This document shows, piece after piece, positions 57,094 through 64,000 of a stretch of DNA of 64,000 nucleotides. Both the position numbers and the translations under genes were made by a program. Source of the DNA: an uncultured Lachnospiraceae bacterium. GTDB taxonomy: Bacteria; Bacillota; Clostridia; Lachnospirales; Lachnospiraceae. Each line of letters begins with the position of its first letter. Within the stretch, counting starts at the first letter, position 1. Location: NCBI GenBank assembly GCA_910583615.1, contig CAJTXP010000006.1, forward strand, positions 31,375 to 95,374. The letters run 5' to 3'. The notes below the pieces were generated by a model. It did no database searches and was not told the DNA's origin. It was given only the letters and a program-made list of their open reading frames with translations.

Positions 57094-58347
57094 ATGCGCG
57101 TAATCACTGATCTGACCAGGATGTGGCTGACTCGTTCTGTCAGGCCCTTTCTGTTTCAAAAAGAATACGACCAGCTGCTTCCCTTTGAAGTGTGCGGGGA
57201 GCTGGGGCTTTACGTCCATATTCCGTTCTGCAGGAGCCTCTGCGATTTCTGTCCCTACTGCAAGGTCCTCTATTCGGAGGAGCTGTGCAGCCGCTATGCG
57301 GATGCGCTCCTTGGAGAGATCCGTCTGGTGGGACAGCAGGCGAAGGGAAGGAAGAAGGTCACCAGCCTGTATTTCGGAGGCGGGACGCCGGCGCTGGCGG
57401 CAGACCGCATGGGGGAGATCATCGGAACGATCCGGGAGTATTTTGAGATCACGGAGGGGATCGGCGTAGAGCTTCATCCGGACGACGTGACGGTCCCGGT
57501 GCTTTTGACGCTGAAAGAAGCAGGGGTGACCCGGATCAGCATCGGGGTCCAGTCCTTCGGGAAGAAATACCAGAAACTTCTGGGCCGGAAGCCGGTGGAT
57601 GCGGCGGCTCTGAAAGCGGCGCTCCAGGAAGTGACCTTTGAAACCGTGTCCATGGATCTGATCTTCGCGCTTCCGGGGCAGACCTTCGAGGATCTGAAAG
57701 AGGACATTGATACCGTTTTCGCAAGCGGCGCCAACCATATGGCAATCTATCCGTTTATTGATTTTACCTTTACGTCCAGCTCCCTTCCCGCCATGCCGAA
57801 AAAGGAGAAGCGCCGTCTCCTGGATGCGGTGACGGCCTATTGTATAGATCAGGGTTACGTAAGGAACTCCATCTGGACCTTTTCCAGTGAGGAACATGCC
57901 AGGTATTCTTCCATGACCCGGGATCATTTTCTGGGCTTTGGCTGTTCTGCGGCCACCCTTCTTGGGGATCAGTTCAAAATCAACACCTTTTCTGTAACAG
58001 CATATATAGAACGGATAGAACAAAAACTTCTGCCCACCTCCCTGACGCTTCGCTTCACCCGCCGTCAGCGGATGGTGTATTATCTGTTCTGGACCGCCTA
58101 CAGCACGAAGGTGAGCAGCCGGGCGTTCCAGCAGTTTTTCGGGGTCCCGTTAAAAAAGATGTACGGCCTGGAGCTGTATCTGGCGAAGCTTCTGGGCTTT
58201 GTTACGGAGGAAAACGGGGATTATGAGATGACGCCGAAGGGGGCGTTCTATTATCATTATTACGAAAATTTCTATACCCTCTCCTATATCGACCGGATGT
58301 GGGGACTGATGAGGAAAGAAGCGTTTCCGGAGGGGATGAAACTGTGA
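57094..58347 (+). CDS. HemN-like (class C) radical SAM protein
   Basis: LYVHIPFCRSLCDFCPY, YFGGGTP, RISIGVQSF, DLIFALPGQT. Confidence 0.9.
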   Translation: MRVITDLTRMWLTRSVRPFLFQKEYDQLLPFEVCGELGLYVHIPFCRSLCDFCPYCKVLYSEELCSRYADALLGEIRLVGQQAKGRKKVTSLYFGGGTPALAADRMGEIIGTIREYFEITEGIGVELHPDDVTVPVLLTLKEAGVTRISIGVQSFGKKYQKLLGRKPVDAAALKAALQEVTFETVSMDLIFALPGQTFEDLKEDIDTVFASGANHMAIYPFIDFTFTSSSLPAMPKKEKRRLLDAVTAYCIDQGYVRNSIWTFSSEEHARYSSMTRDHFLGFGCSAATLLGDQFKINTFSVTAYIERIEQKLLPTSLTLRFTRRQRMVYYLFWTAYSTKVSSRAFQQFFGVPLKKMYGLELYLAKLLGFVTEENGDYEMTPKGAFYYHYYENFYTLSYIDRMWGLMRKEAFPEGMKL

Positions 58348-58356
58348 ACTGTTTCC

Positions 58357-58435
58357 TTCAAAAAAATGTAAATATTTTATTGAAAATTCTTCAAAAAAAT
58401 GCATATAATATATAGAAAGAGATTCAAAAAAGTGT
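58357..58435 (+). promoter_or_regulatory. Three 13-bp direct repeats with 33-bp period overlapping a sigma-A promoter
   Basis: TTCAAAAAARTGY at 58357, 58390 and 58423; TTGAAA 58380 and TATAAT 58404. Confidence 0.75.
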
Positions 58436-58471
58436 GGTTTCCGGAATCGGCGAAAAAGGAAGGTTTCTATT

Positions 58472-59758
58472 ATGCAAAGAAGGATCATGGACGAACTGAT
58501 ACACTGGAAAACGAAGCGGAACCGAAAACCCCTGCTTCTAAGGGGGGCAAGACAGGTGGGGAAGACCTGGCTGATGAAGGAATTTGGCAGACGCTGCTTT
58601 AAAAATACGGCTTATGTCAATTTTGACAGCGGCGGAAAGATCTGCCGGATCTTTGAGGAAGATTTTGATATCCGGCGGATTCTTCAGATGCTGAATATTG
58701 AGACCGGGGCGAAGATTGAGCCGGAGGAGACACTGATTATTTTTGATGAGATCCAGGAAGCGCCAAGAGCCATTTCTTCCCTGAAATATTTTTATGAAAA
58801 CGCTCCGGAGTATGCGGTGATCGCAGCGGGATCCCTGCTTGGAGTGTCGATTCATGAAGGGGTGTCTTTTCCGGTCGGGAAAATCGATCTTCTGGAGATA
58901 CATCCGCTGTCCTATGTAGAATTTTTGAAGGCTGTTGGAGAAGAGGCCCTGGCGGAGCAGATTGAGGCCGCAAATTATGATGCCATGAATACCTTTTCTG
59001 ATAAATATATTCACTGGCTGAAGCTGTACTACTACATTGGAGGAATGCCGGAAGCAGTCAGCGATTATGCGGAAAATGGCGATATTTATGCAGTCCGGGA
59101 GATTCAGAACCGGCTGTTGGAGCTGTATGAGAACGATTTTGGCAAACATATGCCGAAGCAGGAACTGGCAAGGATCCGTATGGTATGGAATTCCATACCG
59201 CTGCAGCTGGCGAAAGAGAATAAAAAGTTTTTCTTCGGCCAGATCCGGCAGGGAGCCAGGGCAAAAGAGTTTGAACTTGCCATCGAGTGGCTTCTGGACT
59301 GCGGCCTGATTACCAAAGTGTACCGCGTCAGCAGGCCGGCGGTGCCTTTAAAGGCATATACGGATTTCGCGGCGTTTAAAATCTATCTTCTGGATGTGGG
59401 ACTTTTGGGGGCCATGAGTGAACTGGACGCCCGTTCCATTCTGGAGGGAAATGAGCTGTTTCTGGAATTCAAAGGGTCGCTGACTGAGCAGTATGTGCTG
59501 CAGCAGCTTGTGGCGGAGACGGCCTATACACCCTATTATTTTTCGGTGTCTGCTCATTCCGAGATCGATTTTATGGTGCAGAAAGAAGGCGGGGTGGTTC
59601 CGGTGGAAGTGAAAGCGGAAGAGAATCTCCGGGCAAAAAGCCTGAAGGCCTATTGCGACAAGCACAGACCTTCCTATGCGGTGCGGACTTCCATGGCAGG
59701 CTACCGCAGGGAAGAATGGATGGTCAATCTTCCCCTGTATGGGATTCGGAATTTATAA
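58472..59758 (+). CDS. AAA_14 ATPase with DUF4143 / nuclease-like C-terminus
   Basis: GARQVGKT, IFDEIQ, AAGSLLG, GGMPE, KIYLLDVGL, EIDF...VEVK. Confidence 0.9.
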   Translation: MQRRIMDELIHWKTKRNRKPLLLRGARQVGKTWLMKEFGRRCFKNTAYVNFDSGGKICRIFEEDFDIRRILQMLNIETGAKIEPEETLIIFDEIQEAPRAISSLKYFYENAPEYAVIAAGSLLGVSIHEGVSFPVGKIDLLEIHPLSYVEFLKAVGEEALAEQIEAANYDAMNTFSDKYIHWLKLYYYIGGMPEAVSDYAENGDIYAVREIQNRLLELYENDFGKHMPKQELARIRMVWNSIPLQLAKENKKFFFGQIRQGARAKEFELAIEWLLDCGLITKVYRVSRPAVPLKAYTDFAAFKIYLLDVGLLGAMSELDARSILEGNELFLEFKGSLTEQYVLQQLVAETAYTPYYFSVSAHSEIDFMVQKEGGVVPVEVKAEENLRAKSLKAYCDKHRPSYAVRTSMAGYRREEWMVNLPLYGIRNL

Positions 59759-59782
59759 GATTTTAAGATAGAAAGCGAAAAC

Positions 59783-61621
59783 ATGAAAAGAAAAACCGAA
59801 TTGATCTTACGATATTTTCACGGCTCCAAACGGTATTTCCTGTGCGCGGTGGCGGCTTCTTTTCTGACCACGGCCCTCAATGCGGTGACGCCGCAGATCT
59901 TCCGTTTCGGCATTGACAAGGTGCTGGGGGGCGGCGGATATCCGTATCTGAGAGAACACCTCTTTGTGCTGTCCCTGGCTGTTGTAGCGGTGGCCGTGCT
60001 GTCGGGGATATTTATGTTCCTGACCAGAACCTGCACCGCCCGGGCGGGGGAGAATTTCGCCAGGAATCTCAGGGACGCCCTGTTTTCCCATGTGCAGCGG
60101 CTTCCCATGAGCTGGCATGACAAGAATCAGACCGGCGATATTATCCAACGTTGTACGTCGGATGTGGAGGTGATCCGGAATTTTGTGGTGACGCAGCTTC
60201 TGGAAGTATTCCGGACCGTGTTCCTGGTGGGGATTTCCTTTGCCATGATGGTGTCCATGAACCGGAAGCTGGCCCTCATCGTGCTGCTTTTTGTGCCGGT
60301 GGTGGTAGTCTATTCAGCGGTGTTCTATCGGCTGATTGCCAGGCGGTTTACGGATGCGGATGAGGCGGAGGGAGAGCTGTCCACGGTGGTGCAGGAGAAC
60401 GCCACGGGCGTGCGGGTGGTGCGCGCTTTTGGACGGGAACAGTTCGAGATGAACCGCTTTCGGGAGAAGAACGAAGCGTTCGCCCGCCTGTGGATCCGCC
60501 TGGGGACCCTGTCCGGCCTCTACTGGGGCGTGGGGGATCTGATCACGGGTCTGCAGGTGATGACGGTTATCGTGCTGGGAGCCATGGAAGCCGTTCACGG
60601 CAATCTGTCCGTGGGGGATTTTGTTGCGTTTGCCTCCTACAACACGGTACTGGTCTGGCCGGTTCGCGGTCTGGGAAGGATCCTGTCCGATATGAGCAAG
60701 GCCGGGGTGTCCTTTGAGCGCGTGGGCTACATCATCCATGGGGAGGAGGAAGCGTACGGCGGTCTGGAGAAGGAAGGGATGCCCGGCGGCGGGCAGGCAG
60801 AGGAAGCGGAACATGCAGAATGGTCCGGAGGAAAAAGAGCGGATGATGCACATCCTGGCGGACAGAGTCCGTCTTTGCCGGATCGCATGGACATCGCTTT
60901 CTCCCATGTATCCTTCGCCTACGAGCAGGGCGAAAAGGTGCTCGACGACGTATCCTTTATGATCCCGCAGGGATCGACCTTCGGTATCCTGGGCGGCACC
61001 GGCAGCGGAAAATCCACGGTCGTTCAGCTTCTGACCAGGCTCTATGAGCTGGAGGAAGGGACCATTACGCTGGGCGGGGTTGATATCCGAAAGCTCCCCC
61101 TTGCCTGGCTGCGCCGGCATGTGGGCATGGTGCTGCAGGAGCCCTTCCTCTACTCCCGGACCATCCGGGAAAATATCGCGGCTTCCAGGCCGGAGGCTTC
61201 CATGGAGGAGATCAGAAGCGCGGCCCGGACGGCCTGTGTGGACCGGTCCATCAGCAGTTTTGCAGATGGTTATGAGACGCTGGTCGGCGAGCGGGGCGTG
61301 ACCCTCTCCGGCGGACAGAGACAGCGGGTGGCGATTGCACGGATGCTGCTTCAGAAGGCGCCGGTCATGGTTTTCGACGATTCTCTGTCCGCGGTAGACA
61401 CCCGGACGGACCATGAGATCCGGAAGGCCCTGAAAGAACATCAGAAAGACGCCACGGTGATCCTGATCTCCCATCGGATCACGACTCTGATGGGAGCAGA
61501 CCGGATTCTGGTTTTGAACCGGGGCAGGGTGGAAGAGACCGGAACCCATGAGGAACTGATTGCAAAAGACGGGATTTACCGACAGATTTATGAGATCCAG
61601 ATGGACCGGGAGAAGAGGTGA
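59783..61621 (+). CDS. ABC exporter, fused permease/ATPase (heterodimer subunit 1)
   Basis: TM domain; GGTGSGKS, LSGGQRQR, degenerate Walker B VFDD. Confidence 0.95.
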   Translation: MKRKTELILRYFHGSKRYFLCAVAASFLTTALNAVTPQIFRFGIDKVLGGGGYPYLREHLFVLSLAVVAVAVLSGIFMFLTRTCTARAGENFARNLRDALFSHVQRLPMSWHDKNQTGDIIQRCTSDVEVIRNFVVTQLLEVFRTVFLVGISFAMMVSMNRKLALIVLLFVPVVVVYSAVFYRLIARRFTDADEAEGELSTVVQENATGVRVVRAFGREQFEMNRFREKNEAFARLWIRLGTLSGLYWGVGDLITGLQVMTVIVLGAMEAVHGNLSVGDFVAFASYNTVLVWPVRGLGRILSDMSKAGVSFERVGYIIHGEEEAYGGLEKEGMPGGGQAEEAEHAEWSGGKRADDAHPGGQSPSLPDRMDIAFSHVSFAYEQGEKVLDDVSFMIPQGSTFGILGGTGSGKSTVVQLLTRLYELEEGTITLGGVDIRKLPLAWLRRHVGMVLQEPFLYSRTIRENIAASRPEASMEEIRSAARTACVDRSISSFADGYETLVGERGVTLSGGQRQRVAIARMLLQKAPVMVFDDSLSAVDTRTDHEIRKALKEHQKDATVILISHRITTLMGADRILVLNRGRVEETGTHEELIAKDGIYRQIYEIQMDREKR

Positions 61622-61627
61622 GCGCAT

Positions 61628-63475
61628 ATGGCAGCATACGAAGAACAGGAGTATAACAGACCGTTCAGTTTTCGGATCTGGGCGAAGATGGTTCCCTTTT
61701 TCAGGCCGTACAAAAAATATTTTCTCATTACTATGGGGCTGAATGTCTTTCTGGCGGCGGTGGATATCCTGGTGCCGCTGTTTCAGAGCTATGCCATCGA
61801 TCATTTTATCACGCTGAATACGCTGGAGGGGATACGTCCCTTTACCGCAGTCTATGTGCTGATGATTGCTGCCCAGACGGTCAGCGTGTATTTTTCCGTC
61901 CATGCGGCCACGACCATCGAGATGAATCTGGGACGGGACCTGAAGCGGGCGCAGTTTGAGCATCTGCAGACCCTCTCTTTTTCCTACTATAATACAACGC
62001 CTGTGGGCTACATCCATGCCCGGGTCATGAGTGACACCCTGAAGATCGCCACCATGGTGGCCTGGGGACTGGTGGATATGTTCTGGGCGTTCCTCTATGT
62101 GGTGACTGTGTTCGGCGTTATGTTCTTCCTGAATGCAGGGCTGGCTCTGATCATCATGCTGGTGGTGCCGGGGATCGCCCTTCTGACCGTGTATTTTCAG
62201 AACCAAATCCTCCGCTGGAACCGGAAGATCCGGAGGATCAATTCCCAGATCACCAGCGCCTACAACGAAGGGATCACCGGTGTCAGGACCTCCAAGAGCA
62301 TGGTGATCGAAGAGGACAATGACCGGGAATTTTATAAAAAGACAACCGAAATGCACCAGGCTTCCAGCCGTGCGGCGAAGCTGAACGCGGTCTATATTCC
62401 GATGATCCTTTTCTTCGGTTCTGTGGTTTCCGCCATTGTGCTGGCAAAAGGCGGCGGTCTGGTGCGGGAAGATCGGATGCAGCTTGGCACGCTGTCTGTA
62501 TTTATTTCCTATGCAGTGGTGATCTTTGAGCCGATTCAGCAGCTGGCAAGGCTTCTGTCGGAGCTGATTTCCTGCCAGGCCAACATCGAGCGGGTGACGG
62601 ATCTTCTGGAGCAGAAGCCCAATGTGGTGGACCGGGAGGACGTGATCCGGCGGTACGGGGACGCTTTTACGGCAAAACGGGAGAACTGGGAGCGGATCCG
62701 GGGTGATGTGGTGTTCGAGGACGTGTCCTTTATGTATCCGGACGGGAAGGAATATGTGCTGGAGCATTTTAACCTCCATGTGCCCGCCGGGATGAACGTG
62801 GCCATCGTAGGAGAGACTGGCGCCGGGAAATCCACGCTGGTCAACCTGTTGGGGCGCTTCTTTGAACCGACGAAGGGCCGGATCCTCATCGACGGCGTGG
62901 ATTACCGGGAGCGGTCCCAGCTCTGGCTGCACAGTCAGATGGGCTATGTGCTTCAAAATCCCCACCTCTTCTCCGGCACGGTCCGGGAAAATATCCGCTA
63001 CGGGCGGCTTGACGCCACCGACGAGGAGGTGGAAGCGGCCGCCAGACAGGTTTCGGCGGACACTGTGGCGGCGAAGCTTCCGCAGGGGTATGAGAGCAAC
63101 GTGGGAGAGAGCGGCGGCAGACTGTCCGTGGGAGAAAAGCAGCTGATTTCCTTTGCCCGGGCGATCCTGGCGGATCCGGCGATCTTCGTGCTGGATGAAG
63201 CCACCTCATCCATCGACACCAGGACCGAACGGCTGATTCAGAATGCGGTGGAACATCTGCTGAAAGGCCATACGTCCTTTGTGATCGCCCACCGGCTCTC
63301 CACGATCCGGAAAGCAGATCTGATCCTGGTGGTAAAGGACGGGAAGATCATCGAGCAGGGCACCCACCAGGAGCTGCTTGAGAAGAAAGGCTGCTATCAG
63401 GAACTGTATGAAAGACAGTTTGAAGAAGAGGCGGTCATGCGGGTGTTTGCAGGAGAGATGGGCGGACAGGGTTGA
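61628..63475 (+). CDS. ABC exporter, fused permease/ATPase (heterodimer subunit 2)
   Basis: TM domain; GETGAGKS, LSVGEKQ, VLDEATS, IAHRLST. Confidence 0.95.
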   Translation: MAAYEEQEYNRPFSFRIWAKMVPFFRPYKKYFLITMGLNVFLAAVDILVPLFQSYAIDHFITLNTLEGIRPFTAVYVLMIAAQTVSVYFSVHAATTIEMNLGRDLKRAQFEHLQTLSFSYYNTTPVGYIHARVMSDTLKIATMVAWGLVDMFWAFLYVVTVFGVMFFLNAGLALIIMLVVPGIALLTVYFQNQILRWNRKIRRINSQITSAYNEGITGVRTSKSMVIEEDNDREFYKKTTEMHQASSRAAKLNAVYIPMILFFGSVVSAIVLAKGGGLVREDRMQLGTLSVFISYAVVIFEPIQQLARLLSELISCQANIERVTDLLEQKPNVVDREDVIRRYGDAFTAKRENWERIRGDVVFEDVSFMYPDGKEYVLEHFNLHVPAGMNVAIVGETGAGKSTLVNLLGRFFEPTKGRILIDGVDYRERSQLWLHSQMGYVLQNPHLFSGTVRENIRYGRLDATDEEVEAAARQVSADTVAAKLPQGYESNVGESGGRLSVGEKQLISFARAILADPAIFVLDEATSSIDTRTERLIQNAVEHLLKGHTSFVIAHRLSTIRKADLILVVKDGKIIEQGTHQELLEKKGCYQELYERQFEEEAVMRVFAGEMGGQG

Positions 63476-63488
63476 CGGAGGTGCTGTT

Positions 63489-64000
63489 GTGGCAAGAACG
63501 GTAGGGATCGGAATCCAGAGTTTTGAAAAACTGATACAAAATGGATATTTTTATATTGATAAAACAGATTTTATAAAAGAATGGTGGGAAAGCGGGGATG
63601 ATGTAACGTTGATCACCCGTCCCCGCCGTTTTGGGAAAACCTTAAATATGAATATGATGGAGCGGTTCTTTTCGGTGGCGTATGCGGGCCGGGGAGAAAT
63701 TTTCGAAGGACTGTCCATATGGAAGGAGGAAAAGTACCGAAAACTTCAGGGAACCTGTCCGGTCATATTTTTGAGTTTCGCAGATATGAAAGCCAGTACC
63801 TTTTCCCTGGCAAGGGAGAAAATCTGTATGGCGATACAAAAACTGTACAGCCGGTTTGACTTTCTGATGGCCGGCCGGACATTAAAAGAGGAAGAAAAAA
63901 ATTTTTTCCGCAGGGTGTCTCTGGAAATGACGGATTCCACAGCAGCCGGTGCTTTGCGGGAACTTGCCTGTTATCTTTCCAGATATTATGGCAGGGATGT
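63489..64000 (+). CDS. AAA-ATPase-like protein (family usually carrying a C-terminal PD-(D/E)XK domain), 3'-truncated by the window edge
   Basis: GGAGGTG RBS, GTG start; MARTVGIGIQSFEKLI...YIDKT...LITRPRRFGKTLNM. Confidence 0.88.
   Translation, partial: MARTVGIGIQSFEKLIQNGYFYIDKTDFIKEWWESGDDVTLITRPRRFGKTLNMNMMERFFSVAYAGRGEIFEGLSIWKEEKYRKLQGTCPVIFLSFADMKASTFSLAREKICMAIQKLYSRFDFLMAGRTLKEEEKNFFRRVSLEMTDSTAAGALRELACYLSRYYGRD

Noticed and set aside
55886..58347. 46-aa ORF as a RiPP precursor for the radical SAM pair
   Set aside because: Divergent orientation, helical amphipathic sequence without leader/core pattern, and no evident RRE domain or peptidase
60314..62965. 883-aa minus-strand ORF
   Set aside because: Antisense shadow of the ABC exporter pair

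Overview
Chromosomal window from a low-GC Gram-positive anaerobe. The gene content and sigma-A-type promoters suggest Clostridia, probably Lachnospiraceae (inference). In order it holds: the end of a surface-polysaccharide locus (flippase, three GT2, CotH-like kinase, GT-C-like membrane protein); housekeeping and stress genes (cidA/lrgB, Mrp, a LexA-boxed radical-SAM DNA-repair pair, DinG-like helicase, glyA, mscL, hydF, pyrG, ftsH, uvrC, hprK, glucokinase); a glycine riboswitch-controlled symporter; a J-domain/TPR plus HscC pair; a split HipA-like kinase pair; AI-2 catabolic genes (lsrK, lsrF, cupin); and ABC/AAA genes. Four things stand out. (1) Eight intergenic copies of a ~215-bp, almost fully self-complementary MITE-like element with target-site duplications, covarying ends and one arm-homogenised copy. 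(2) A receiver-domain/(p)ppGpp-synthetase fusion. (3) An AT-rich array of orphan immunity-like genes (43.1-48.0 kb) whose spacers look like broken pieces of VgrG-like and Hsp70-like genes plus toxin tips. (4) Three operator-like repeats phased 33 bp apart ahead of an AAA/DUF4143 gene. All family assignments come from reading motifs by eye; no database search was run.
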